A stretch of DNA of 62,580 bases, counting the filler. It is 9 parts of 9 records of this genome, joined end to end, with 100 filler letters (N's around TTAATTAATTAA, not from the genome) between each part and the next. Parts side by side here need not be neighbours in the genome. Positions count along the whole stretch, not along the records: positions 27,680 to 35,646 come from SRR31156797_34697; positions 35,747 to 43,814 come from SRR31156797_34720; 7 more parts are not named here. The stretch is one strand, 5' to 3'. The position numbers and the translations under genes are program-made. Every line of letters begins with the position of its first letter. Position 1 is the stretch's first letter. Of this stretch, positions 30,905 through 40,324 are shown one piece after another. The notes below the pieces were generated by a model, which made no database searches, was not told where the DNA came from, and saw only the letters and a list, made by a program, of their open reading frames with translations.

Positions 30905-32182
30905 ATGAATATAGAGATGAGAGCACCCAAGCCTGGGCTGAGAGGATTCATATCAAATAGTGATAATGAACTGGTCATATTTGCTGCAGACAATTTTTCG
31001 CAGTTCCCGCGTCGTGATGATTCCATCCGATCAAGCTGTGACCGTGCCCTGGCTGCCGCCTCTAGCTCCGATCTGGTATTGCTCCGTGGAATCCAGAACC
31101 GAGAATACTATGTCTGGCTTCGTTCATTCGACCTGGGGCCTGATAACGTTATTGAGTATAATCAGTTGTCTTCTGAATTCACTCTTTCGCAATGCATTCT
31201 CAGGAATCCTGAACCTGTATTAAAGCACATAGAAAAGACAGGCAGAAAACCGGTATATGCTCCCTGGTTTTCAGGACAAATGGAAGCGGAAGCTGCCCAA
31301 GTTATAGGTGCGGATCTTTTTGGCGCAACCGAGGCAGCCACCACACAATATAACGAAAAAGCCGAATTCAAAAATATCTGTAAAGAGCTTGGAATAGCGG
31401 TTGTCGTGGGAACGACTTTTACGATCGCTTCGGAAAATAAAGAAAATTGCAGTGACATGGGGCGCGTCATCCTCAGACTTTTAGCAAAGCACGAGGAGGT
31501 TATAATACGTGGCACGCTGGGAGAATCGGGCATGTCATTGTATAGAACGGTTGGAGATGACATCCAGAACCTGTATGACAAGATAGTTGCCAGTGGCGAG
31601 AAGAAAGTAATCATCGAACCGTTTTTGGATGTCATATCAAGTCCTAATGATCAATGGGCAATCGGTAACAACAGAACCATACATCATCTGGGGGTGGCCG
31701 ACCAGATATGTGAAAAGGGTATGGTACATGTCGGAACCCAGAGCTGCCAACAACCAGCAAGTCGTATTTCTGACTATATCATGGAGACATCGCGTACAGT
31801 AGTCGAACATATGTCTGCAACTGGCTATAAAGGGGTGCTTGGCATCGATTATATTGTGACTAGTGAAGGAATCTTCCCTGTTGAAAATAACGCACGCTTC
31901 AATGGCTCAACATTTGTTCGACTCATCCTTGACCAACTTGAAAAAAGCCACTTTTTCACTGCATGCTGGAAATTTATCAAGATTTCAATCAAACCCTGTT
32001 CCTTTTCTGAACTCACCCAAAGGCTTGGGTCACTGCTCTATGATGGTAATAAACCCAACTCGGTTTTTCCATACAACTGCAATGCAATAGAATTAAACGG
32101 CAGCTTTGCTATGATCCTCTTCGCCGAAGATAACAATCACCTTGTGCACCTTGAACAATCCCTACACAAAATTGGTATTTAA
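30905..32182 (+). CDS. ATP-grasp ligase, probable pre-ATP-grasp/PGM1-like peptide ligase
   Basis: DRALAAASSSDLVLL..YYVWL..LG N-domain; NEKAEF; IIEPFL; GVLGIDYI; ENNARFNGST; LLYDG..VFPYN..GSFAMI C-domain. Confidence 0.7.
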   Translation: MNIEMRAPKPGLRGFISNSDNELVIFAADNFSQFPRRDDSIRSSCDRALAAASSSDLVLLRGIQNREYYVWLRSFDLGPDNVIEYNQLSSEFTLSQCILRNPEPVLKHIEKTGRKPVYAPWFSGQMEAEAAQVIGADLFGATEAATTQYNEKAEFKNICKELGIAVVVGTTFTIASENKENCSDMGRVILRLLAKHEEVIIRGTLGESGMSLYRTVGDDIQNLYDKIVASGEKKVIIEPFLDVISSPNDQWAIGNNRTIHHLGVADQICEKGMVHVGTQSCQQPASRISDYIMETSRTVVEHMSATGYKGVLGIDYIVTSEGIFPVENNARFNGSTFVRLILDQLEKSHFFTACWKFIKISIKPCSFSELTQRLGSLLYDGNKPNSVFPYNCNAIELNGSFAMILFAEDNNHLVHLEQSLHKIGI

Positions 32183-32258
32183 CGGGCCTGATGAGCAATC
32201 AAATAGTCGCGTCGTAACCACCGTATCAGAAACATTCACAGTTATTCGGAGCAACATC

Positions 32259-32387
32259 ATGGGAAAAGAACGCAAAAGCAACAAAGAAGGAAAGAAGAAA
32301 GCAGCCCTGACCCCAAAGGAAAAAAAAGCAGCCAAGAAGGCTAAAAAAGGATCAGGTGATAGTTTTATTAAGAGCACTAATACCTGA
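32259..32387 (+). CDS. 42-aa Lys-rich small protein
   Basis: GGAG RBS 7 nt upstream of ATG; MGKERKSNKEGKKKAALTPKEKKAAKKAKKGSGDSFIKSTNT. Confidence 0.75.
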   Translation: MGKERKSNKEGKKKAALTPKEKKAAKKAKKGSGDSFIKSTNT

Positions 32388-32484
32388 GCGTTTACTCAGC
32401 CGATCATGTTTCCTGTTAGATCCTTGCCGGCGGTAATTCACTCAGATAAGTTTGGTAATCAATGCAAACACCAACAGGACAAGT

Positions 32485-33330
32485 ATGAACATTATACATA
32501 TTTCTGATCTTCATTTCGGGCCTCGACATTGGCTTGGTGACGATGGTGTCCTGTTGGAAAGGATCAACTTCTACGATGCTGATATCGTAATCAATACCGG
32601 CGACAATACAACAGACGGGCTTGAAGATGAATTTGCAAAAGCAGGCGAATTTCTGAAGGCCATAAAATGTAAACACGTGATTTCTACCCTTGGAAATCAT
32701 GACAAAAGAAATATGCGTTCACATGAGCTTTTTCGAAAATATATATCTGATAGAGAAATTATTCGAATAGCTGAATCTGAGACAATTCGTAAGAAGCACC
32801 TCTTTCTCAAGCAGAACATCACCAGAGTTGATGACCACTTTACCGATGTAAATTTCGTTCAGCTTGTCCAGGTAAATGGACTGGCAGTACTGTTTATCGG
32901 TATAGATTCCAACGAAATGTACTGTGATGACGGATTTGTCGAACAAGAGGTGCTGAGCGCAGTATCAGAAAAGATTAATCAGACCAGCTATGACATTGCA
33001 CTCTTAATGACGCATTATTCGATACTTGGTACGGATGAATGTCCTCTGAAAAATTCAGCAGTCCTGATTGATTTGGTCCAAAAACATAAAATCGAGTTCG
33101 TCTTCTGCGGGCATACGCATGATCTTGAATTAATGCGAACTACTGATTTATATCAAGGCCACTCCTTTAATCATTTCATGTGCGGCACTTTGTCATCAAG
33201 CAATATCGAAAACAATGACAACATGTTCCTCTACTATAAAAATCTTGGAATGAAAGATATGCAGCTCCTTCTGACCAGGATTCATCTCAAGAATGGCTAC
33301 ATGCATTTTACCGAGGAAACAGTTTTTTAG
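32485..33330 (+). CDS. Calcineurin-like metallophosphoesterase
   Basis: HISDLH, TGDNT, GNHD, GHTH. Confidence 0.9.
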   Translation: MNIIHISDLHFGPRHWLGDDGVLLERINFYDADIVINTGDNTTDGLEDEFAKAGEFLKAIKCKHVISTLGNHDKRNMRSHELFRKYISDREIIRIAESETIRKKHLFLKQNITRVDDHFTDVNFVQLVQVNGLAVLFIGIDSNEMYCDDGFVEQEVLSAVSEKINQTSYDIALLMTHYSILGTDECPLKNSAVLIDLVQKHKIEFVFCGHTHDLELMRTTDLYQGHSFNHFMCGTLSSSNIENNDNMFLYYKNLGMKDMQLLLTRIHLKNGYMHFTEETVF

Positions 33331-33475
33331 TTCCATCACCCATACAATCAAACAAACCATTCTTTGGACCAGCGTGGGAACCACCCGGCCCCGAGTATAA
33401 CCATTTATTTGAAATAACCTCCGCACAAATTGGAGGAACATTTTCAATGCAGAAAAAAAGTTAAACAACACCATA

Positions 33476-34501
33476 ATGGCATCATCAAATTTCGAAAAAG
33501 AAAAACAAACTTTCCTCGATTACGTCAATGACAATATCGAGTTACTACGAAACGCCGAATCGTCCTTTTCAACACTTATACAATCACTGCTGGCAACCTC
33601 TCCAGAACTGTCGGGATCCACTGTTACATCTCGCCTTAAGGGCAGTAAAGAAAGCATTAAAAAGTTTTCACGAAAATATCAGTCAGAACTTGAGAAGGGA
33701 AAAAAAGCATATGAGATAAAAGATTTTATTACAGACCTAATAGGGGTTCGGATCATCTGTCTTTATGAAAAAAATATTAAGGAGGTCGGTAATATTCTTC
33801 GGGATAACCTCTGCTTAATTGATTCTACGGATAAATCCCAACTCATTGAACAGGCAGAAAACACCTTTGGCTACAAAGGGCTCCATCTCGATATGAAGCT
33901 TGATGAGGCACGGGAAGCAATGCCTGAATACAGCAGATATAAAGACATCGTCTTCGAGGTTCAGATTCGAACCATTATACAGGATGCATGGTCTGTTCTT
34001 GATCATAAAATAAAATATAAAAAATCGATTCCTCACGGGCTGAAAAGGCGAATTAACAGCCTAGCAGCGCTTTTTGAAACAGCGGATCGTGAATTTTACA
34101 GTATTCAGGAAGAAACAGAGAAACTCGAACAGATAATAAAGGAAGAATCAAAGAGTACGGATGCCAAAAGTGAAGTGCTCAATGCATTCCATTTCGCTAA
34201 AATTTCTGAGACCTATTTCCCTGGAACCCGTTTGGCCTCACACAAGATTGATGCGCTGGTCGATGAAATAGTGAAAATGAAGCAGATCACCAACGGCTCT
34301 TTTGAAAAAATAGTCCGAGATAATATTGAAACAATAAAGGGATACCAAGAGCTCCTTGATGGGAAACATACACTGACCCTCTATACAGTTATCCGGCATA
34401 TCTTGTATTTCTGCGACAAGTCGTCATTTGCACATATTTTATATGACAACCAAAGGAACACTTTTGAGAATTGGCTTAAGAAACAAAAATCGTCCAATTG
34501 A
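33476..34501 (+). CDS. Small alarmone synthetase-like RelA/SpoT-domain protein
   Basis: SRLK, DLIGVRI, GYKGLH, EVQIRT..QDAW...DH..KYK. Confidence 0.88.
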   Translation: MASSNFEKEKQTFLDYVNDNIELLRNAESSFSTLIQSLLATSPELSGSTVTSRLKGSKESIKKFSRKYQSELEKGKKAYEIKDFITDLIGVRIICLYEKNIKEVGNILRDNLCLIDSTDKSQLIEQAENTFGYKGLHLDMKLDEAREAMPEYSRYKDIVFEVQIRTIIQDAWSVLDHKIKYKKSIPHGLKRRINSLAALFETADREFYSIQEETEKLEQIIKEESKSTDAKSEVLNAFHFAKISETYFPGTRLASHKIDALVDEIVKMKQITNGSFEKIVRDNIETIKGYQELLDGKHTLTLYTVIRHILYFCDKSSFAHILYDNQRNTFENWLKKQKSSN

Positions 34502-34548
34502 TCAGAGGTCATTGTTTTCACACCCCATCATCAACTAAAAGGTATTGT

Positions 34549-35196
34549 ATGCCCCCGTTGCGAATTCGTTATCAATCTATTGAGATTGAGGATGTTGATA
34601 TTCATGTCAGAACGTTATGGGATAACCAACAATATTCGGACCCGGATGGAATTGCATCAAGACTGGGGATATCTTCTGCAACCTGGCCATTGTTTGGGAT
34701 TGTTTGGGCGTCTTCAGAAGTGCTTGCACATCTAATGTTTGATTATGAGATTGAGGGGCTTCGGATATTGGAAGTAGGTTGCGGTATTGGTCTTGCCAGT
34801 CTTGTTCTTAATCATCGTTTGGCTGATATTACATCTACTGACTATCACCCGGAAGCAGAAGCATTTCTTCACGAAAACACAAGACTCAACAACGGACCGG
34901 ATATTCCATTCATACGTACTGCTTGGGGGGATACAAATACCAGCCTTGGGACATTTGATCTTATTATAGGAAGTGACCTCTTGTATGAAAAAGGCCATTC
35001 CGCAGAGTTGTCACATTTTATTGATCAGCACTCTAAAATAAACTGCGATGTGATAATTGTTGATCCGGGAAGGGGACAATCTGCCGGTTTTAGTAAAAAA
35101 ATGACTAAGTACGGTTATTCCATCAGCAAAAAGCAGATCTGTCGTGACATTTTGAAAAAAGAGGCAAGTGGGAAAATTATGCATTATCACCGATAG
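34549..35196 (+). CDS. Class I SAM methyltransferase (Methyltransf_16/METTL21-like)
   Basis: WPLFGIVW, LEVGCGIGL, TDYH, IIGSDLLYE. Confidence 0.85.
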   Translation: MPPLRIRYQSIEIEDVDIHVRTLWDNQQYSDPDGIASRLGISSATWPLFGIVWASSEVLAHLMFDYEIEGLRILEVGCGIGLASLVLNHRLADITSTDYHPEAEAFLHENTRLNNGPDIPFIRTAWGDTNTSLGTFDLIIGSDLLYEKGHSAELSHFIDQHSKINCDVIIVDPGRGQSAGFSKKMTKYGYSISKKQICRDILKKEASGKIMHYHR

Positions 35197-35551
35197 GTCT
35201 TTATTAATTAAATCTTGGCTGTGTCATGGAGAAATGGAAAAAGCCCACAGGTGAAGCTTGTCTCGTTTATTGTGGTATTTTCTGAAATCACTAACAGTGT
35301 AAAATTAAAATTTACTTTTGTTTACAAGGTCAGACGCTTAGAAGTACCAGTCTGCGTATAAAAATACCCTTCACGCGATTGTCAGCTGAGCTAATAAATA
35401 AACAAGAAAATACATTCTGCCGTAATTTTATCCAATAAACCTGGACCACTTCTGCAAATCAGCGAGCCATCGCAGGTTACGACGTAACTATATATTTGCG
35501 CTGGCAAGGCATAGCTTGAACACAATATCTACGAGTTAACCTTTATAGAAT

Positions 35552-35622
35552 AGGGTTATCAATAGTTGCATTTCACGGTCCTGCAATCTACCTCGGAGTG
35601 TGTTGCAATTATTGATAACCCT
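35552..35622. repeat. 71-bp element with 19-bp terminal inverted repeats (MITE-like)
   Basis: AGGGTTATCAATAGTTGCA ... TGCAATTATTGATAACCCT, 18/19 match. Confidence 0.7.
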
Positions 35623-35748
35623 GAAGAACTGAACTGCGGAGCGGATNNNNNNNNNNNNNNNNNNNNNNNNNNNNNNNNNNNNNNNNNNNNTTAATTAATT
35701 AANNNNNNNNNNNNNNNNNNNNNNNNNNNNNNNNNNNNNNNNNNNNTT

Positions 35749-36084
35749 GTTCTTGTCAATGGATATTCCTTTTCAGCAGCAGAGTATTTCGCTGCCGTTT
35801 TGCAGGAATACGATTACGCCTCGGTCATCGGACAAAACACAACCGGAAAGAGCCGCAGCCAGATTACCATCACACTGCCGGACGGCGGCGCACTGCACAT
35901 TTCCAGCGGTGAGTACCTCACGCCGAATCGCGTAAGTCTGACCGAACAGGGCGGAATCCGGCCGGATATCAACATTGAGATGAGCGATGAGGATACAGCC
36001 AGCCTCTATGCCGGAGTGCTTGATCGCGCCGATGACGATCAGCTTCAAAAAGCGATAGAGCTTATGAAAAACGCTGCGAACTAA
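35749..36084 (+). CDS. S41 C-terminal processing peptidase, 5'-truncated
   Basis: VLVNGYSFSAAE..GQNTTGK..GIRPD..DDQLQKAIE. Confidence 0.85.
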   Translation, partial: VLVNGYSFSAAEYFAAVLQEYDYASVIGQNTTGKSRSQITITLPDGGALHISSGEYLTPNRVSLTEQGGIRPDINIEMSDEDTASLYAGVLDRADDDQLQKAIELMKNAAN

Positions 36085-36090
36085 ACGGAT

Positions 36091-36119
36091 GTCATATTGA
36101 CACTACCGGTTCATATACT
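36091..36119 (+). promoter_or_regulatory. Possible sporulation sigmaE-type promoter
   Basis: GTCATATT-N13-CATATACT. Confidence 0.5.
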
Positions 36120-36172
36120 AAACCGAAACGCAGACGTAAGCCACGTTGACGGCAGACCGGGATTAAGGTGCT

Positions 36173-37009
36173 ATGATTTGTCTGATGGACGCTGTGAACA
36201 CACCCGACGGGCGCCGGACGTCCAGGTTCGTACGCAGACTAAAAGGTTATAACGGTATTACCTGCCGGCAAATTGCCGTTTTAGGTATGCGCGTCGTGTA
36301 TATAACAATTGAAAAGCTGCCGGAAAAAAATCAGCGGGCTGTCACAAAACAGCTCGAGGATGTTGCTGCGCAGCTTCGCGCAAACCGAGTGGGGGCCGTT
36401 CTTTTTTCCGAAAACTTCCCGTATCGGAAATGGGTGTTAAGGGAAGGCTTTAAGGAAGCGAACGCAGGAAGCTTGATGGAACTATTAGCCGGTACGGTGG
36501 CGCAAAGTGCCGCTGAAAGCAGGCAGAGCGCCGCTGTGTTTACACAGCGCCTGACGTCCGCCGCCCTTCGGACGCTGACAGAGCTTTGCGGCTGTTTCAA
36601 AACGGTCATGCTTGTCTCCGATTCAGGAGAAGAAGCCTGCCGGATGCTTGGCAGACAGCTTGGAATTTCCGTGATTTTTAACCCAACCGCGGGTCAACTA
36701 AAAAAAACCGACGCGGCTGTTTTCTTCGACGCGCCGCGCCGTCCCGTTATTTTGAAGGAAGAAGCCATTGCCATACCGGCCGGCTGCGGAGCGCTCGACG
36801 GCGTGTCATATATGGCGGCTGTATCCGGTGTTGACATCGGGCTTGCCGACGGTATGGATATTGACGTTCCCGAAGGCTTTGCTTATTGGCCGTTGGTATC
36901 GGCGGCATTGGAATGCCGGGCGCTTGCGCCGGAGTCGGTGCAGCTGCGTGGTTTGCATTTTGAGACTTCCTGTCGACATTATACGACGCCCGGCGACTTG
37001 ACAAACTGA
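36173..37009 (+). CDS. Hypothetical protein
   Basis: 278-aa ORF with AAGGTG RBS; no motif recognised. Confidence 0.7.
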   Translation: MICLMDAVNTPDGRRTSRFVRRLKGYNGITCRQIAVLGMRVVYITIEKLPEKNQRAVTKQLEDVAAQLRANRVGAVLFSENFPYRKWVLREGFKEANAGSLMELLAGTVAQSAAESRQSAAVFTQRLTSAALRTLTELCGCFKTVMLVSDSGEEACRMLGRQLGISVIFNPTAGQLKKTDAAVFFDAPRRPVILKEEAIAIPAGCGALDGVSYMAAVSGVDIGLADGMDIDVPEGFAYWPLVSAALECRALAPESVQLRGLHFETSCRHYTTPGDLTN

Positions 37010-37026
37010 CAAGTTTTTACTATAAT
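36998..37026 (+). promoter_or_regulatory. Consensus sigmaA promoter for greA
   Basis: TTGACA-N17-TATAAT, exact consensus. Confidence 0.9.
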
Positions 37027-37105
37027 TAGTGCTTAAATACGGCAGTAATATACAACGATGTGTTAGTTACCGCCGTATACACATTTGGATGAACTATGTT
37101 TTCAT

Positions 37106-37134
37106 GTGTCGGATTTCCGGCACGGTATTTTTTT
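37106..37134 (+). terminator. Terminator-like hairpin in the greA leader
   Basis: GTGTCGGA-TT-TCCGGCAC followed by GGTATTTTTTT. Confidence 0.55.
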
Positions 37135-37268
37135 AGTATTTTTTAGTACTGATTCTCTTTAATAAACCATGGGGCTTATTGTTTTACCGCAGTTATAATT
37201 TGCAAATTTAAAGGTATTCGGAGATTGGCCCGACATCGGATCGGTCCTAAATAGAAAGGATGGTGGCT

Positions 37269-37745
37269 ATGGGAAAGGAAGCAAGATTTAAAATGAGTGC
37301 GGAACGCCTCGCGGAGCTCAAAGAAGAGCTTCAATTTCTTGTTACAGTCAGGGAGAAAGAGGTGGCCGAGCAAATTAAGGAGGCCCGCTCTTTTGGCGAT
37401 CTTTCCGAAAACAGCGAATACGATGAAGCCAAAACAGAACAGGGCAAGCTGTATTCAAAAATAGCGGAAATAAAAAAACTGATTGAAAATGCCGAAATCA
37501 TCACGCAAAGCGACGAGACGGATAAAGTCAGCATTGGCAGCGTTGTCACCGTCAAAGACTGCGAGTTTAATTCGGAAGAAACGTATCAGGTTGTCGGCTC
37601 GCAGGAAGCCGACCCAAGCGTTATGAAAATCTCGGACGACTCCCCGCTGGGGAAGGGGCTTTTAGGACACAAGGTTGGCGATAACGTCGAGATTGACGCG
37701 CCGGCCGGACGTCTCAGTTTTGAGATACTTAAGATTGGGAAATAA
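37269..37745 (+). CDS. greA: Transcription elongation factor GreA
   Basis: ARSFGDLSENSEYDEAK, ISDDSPLGKGLLG. Confidence 0.97.
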   Translation: MGKEARFKMSAERLAELKEELQFLVTVREKEVAEQIKEARSFGDLSENSEYDEAKTEQGKLYSKIAEIKKLIENAEIITQSDETDKVSIGSVVTVKDCEFNSEETYQVVGSQEADPSVMKISDDSPLGKGLLGHKVGDNVEIDAPAGRLSFEILKIGK

Positions 37746-37750
37746 ATAAA

Positions 37751-37781
37751 AGGGGGATACAGCGCGTGCGCTGTTCCCCCT
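37751..37781. terminator. GC-rich hairpin between greA and lysS
   Basis: AGGGGGA-T-ACAGCGC-GT-GCGCTGT-TCCCCCT; T-rich tail only on the minus strand. Confidence 0.55.
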
Positions 37782-37883
37782 GAAGAGCTTGTTCTGTTTT
37801 ATCTAAGCGGTGATTATTATACAAATGAGCAAAGCCTCAATAAGAGGACTAAGATGTTTATGCGCGGGACGCGGGAGGACTTA

Positions 37884-39389
37884 ATGGCAGACGAAAACGT
37901 TATGGCACAGCAGGACCAGGAGCAGGAGCTTTCGGAGCTTGTACAGATTCGGTTTGATAAGCTGAAGAAGCTACAGGAAGAGGGACAAGACCCGTTCCAA
38001 ATTACCAAATTTGAGCGGACGGCCTATTCAGCCGACATTAAAGACAGCTTTGACACACTGGAAAACGAGACGGTCTCTCTGGCCGGGCGCGTTATGGCGC
38101 GCCGGGGTATGGGCAAGGCGATCTTTGCCGATCTGCTGGATGCCAAAGGCCGGATACAGCTTTATATCCGGCGTGACGATGTCGGCGAGGACGTATTTGC
38201 CGTTTTTAAAAAAGGTGATATCGGCGACATTATCGGTGTGACCGGTTTCGTTTTTAAAACAAAAATGGGTGAGATCTCCGTCCACTGTAAACAGCTCCAG
38301 CTGCTGGCAAAATCGCTGCGGCCGCTGCCTGAAAAATTCCACGGGCTCACCAGCACGGAGCTCAAGTACCGCCAGCGTTACGTCGACCTCATTATGAACC
38401 CTGAAACGCGCAGGATTTTCGAGATTCGAAGCCGCTTTATCCGCCACGTGCGCGCTTTTCTCGATGCGCGCGGATATATGGAAGTTGAAACGCCGGTTCT
38501 CAATACGATTTCCGGCGGCGCGACAGCGCGTCCGTTTATTACACATCACAACACGCTGGACCTTGACATGTACCTGCGCATTGCCACCGAGCTGCATTTA
38601 AAGCGGCTGATTGTGGGCGGTATCGAGCGCGTGTACGAGATCGGCCGTATCTTTCGCAACGAGGGTATGGATACCAAGCATAACCCGGAGTTTACAACGG
38701 TCGAGCTGTATGAGGCGTATGCCGACTACAACGATATGATGGACCTGTTTGAAGCGCTTTTATCCAGCGCCGCCATGGACCTTTTGGGCACCTATCAGAC
38801 CTCGTGGCAGGGTGAGGAAATCGACCTGACACCGGGCTGGCCCCGGCTGACGATGGCTGAGGCCGTCAAGCAGTTTTCCGGCGTTGATTTCACGTCGTTT
38901 AATACGACGGAGGATGCCGTAAAGGCCGCCGCTTCGCTCGGCGTTAAGATGCCCGATGGCAAGGAGCCGTCCTGGGGCGAGCTGCTGTACGAATGCTTCG
39001 ATCAACGCGTGGAGGACAAGCTGATTCAGCCCACGTTTATTACCGACCATCCCGTCGAAGTGTCGCCGCTGGCCAAGCGCCGGGCAGACGACCCGAGACT
39101 TACCGAACGCTTTGAGCTGTTTATCTGCCGGAATGAAATGGGCAACGCTTTCAGCGAGCTCAACGACCCCGTTGATCAGAAGCAGCGCTTCCAGCGCCAG
39201 GTGGAGCTGCGGCGTGCCGGCGACGATGAGGCGTGCATGATGGACGAGGACTACATCAATGCCCTGGAATATGGCATGCCGCCCACAGGCGGGCTTGGAA
39301 TCGGCATCGACCGATGCGTCATGATGCTGACAAACAACGCGTCGATCCGGGACGTGCTGCTGTTCCCGACTATGAAACCGATAGATTAA
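37884..39389 (+). CDS. lysS: Lysyl-tRNA synthetase (class II)
   Basis: [49 protein letters not shown]. Confidence 0.98.
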   Translation: MADENVMAQQDQEQELSELVQIRFDKLKKLQEEGQDPFQITKFERTAYSADIKDSFDTLENETVSLAGRVMARRGMGKAIFADLLDAKGRIQLYIRRDDVGEDVFAVFKKGDIGDIIGVTGFVFKTKMGEISVHCKQLQLLAKSLRPLPEKFHGLTSTELKYRQRYVDLIMNPETRRIFEIRSRFIRHVRAFLDARGYMEVETPVLNTISGGATARPFITHHNTLDLDMYLRIATELHLKRLIVGGIERVYEIGRIFRNEGMDTKHNPEFTTVELYEAYADYNDMMDLFEALLSSAAMDLLGTYQTSWQGEEIDLTPGWPRLTMAEAVKQFSGVDFTSFNTTEDAVKAAASLGVKMPDGKEPSWGELLYECFDQRVEDKLIQPTFITDHPVEVSPLAKRRADDPRLTERFELFICRNEMGNAFSELNDPVDQKQRFQRQVELRRAGDDEACMMDEDYINALEYGMPPTGGLGIGIDRCVMMLTNNASIRDVLLFPTMKPID

Positions 39390-39468
39390 AACTGAAGCTG
39401 CGGCCGTAAGGGTTTCCTTATTGCCACAGCTTCTTTAATAAGGTATGATTGGTGTGAAGGCTCTTAAA

Positions 39469-40227
39469 ATGGAAGAGATTACAAGCCGAAAAAACACGCT
39501 TGTCCGTCATCTGAAAAAGCTCGGAACGGACGGCGATTACCGCCGGCAGTCCGGTGAATTTCTGTGCGACGGGGACAAGCTGCTGCGTGAGGCCGTGCTC
39601 AGCGGGGCGGTGATCACGGCTGTCTTGACGAGCCGTGCAAATCAGGACTACCTGCCGGACAGTGCGCCGGTTTATCACGCGCCGCGGGATATTATTGAGG
39701 CCGCCTCGCCGCTTAAAACGCCGCAGGATGTTGTTTTCTCCTGCGCGCTGCCCGCGACGGATAAAAATACGCCCACATCGGGATTGCAGCTTATTCTGGA
39801 AGGGATACAGGACCCCGGCAACATCGGTACCATTCTGAGGACGGCCGGCGCGTTTGACGTCGCGCGCGTCATTTTAACGGGTAATTGTGCCGACCCGTAC
39901 GGCCCGAAGGCCGTCCGGGCCTCCATGGGCGCAATCTTTCGCCTCGTGCCCATCACGAGGGATTTGGAAGGGATCGCCCGTCTTAAAGAAGCTGGAATAA
40001 AGCTTTATGCCGCGGCTCTCGGGGAGAACTGTGCGGACGTCCGGGAAGCAGATTTCCAAAACGCCGCTGTTGCCATCGGCAGCGAGGGCAGGGGTTTGTC
40101 GATGGAACTTCTGGACCTGTGCGACGACAAAATAAAGATACCAATGGCCGACACCGCCGAGTCGCTCAATGCCGCCACCGCTGCCGCTATTATAATGTGG
40201 GAAGCGGCAAAAGCATACCGCTTGTAA
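39469..40227 (+). CDS. TrmH/SpoU family RNA 2'-O-methyltransferase
   Basis: ITSRKN, IQDPGNIGTILRTA, GSEGRG, ESLNAA. Confidence 0.93.
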   Translation: MEEITSRKNTLVRHLKKLGTDGDYRRQSGEFLCDGDKLLREAVLSGAVITAVLTSRANQDYLPDSAPVYHAPRDIIEAASPLKTPQDVVFSCALPATDKNTPTSGLQLILEGIQDPGNIGTILRTAGAFDVARVILTGNCADPYGPKAVRASMGAIFRLVPITRDLEGIARLKEAGIKLYAAALGENCADVREADFQNAAVAIGSEGRGLSMELLDLCDDKIKIPMADTAESLNAATAAAIIMWEAAKAYRL

Positions 40228-40273
40228 TCAAACCCCTTTGCTGTGACCTTTCGATCTTGAGTTGAGTTAGTTG

Positions 40274-40320
40274 AAGGCTCCTTTGGCAAAGGAGCTGTCT
40301 GCGTAGCAGACTGAGGATTG
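40274..40320 (+). repeat. REP-like structured repeat, left copy
   Basis: AAGGCTCCTTTGGCAAAGGAGCTGTC-TGCGTAGCA-GACTGAGGATTG. Confidence 0.9.
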
Positions 40321-40324
40321 ACAG

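Noticed and set aside
32176-32421. Possible integron attC ends (ATTTAAC ... GTTAGAT) around the small ORF
   Set aside because: No complementary L/R boxes and no integrase; chance heptamers
36097-36119. TTGACA...TATACT read as a sigmaA promoter
   Set aside because: Spacer is only 11 nt; the sigmaE-like reading fits better
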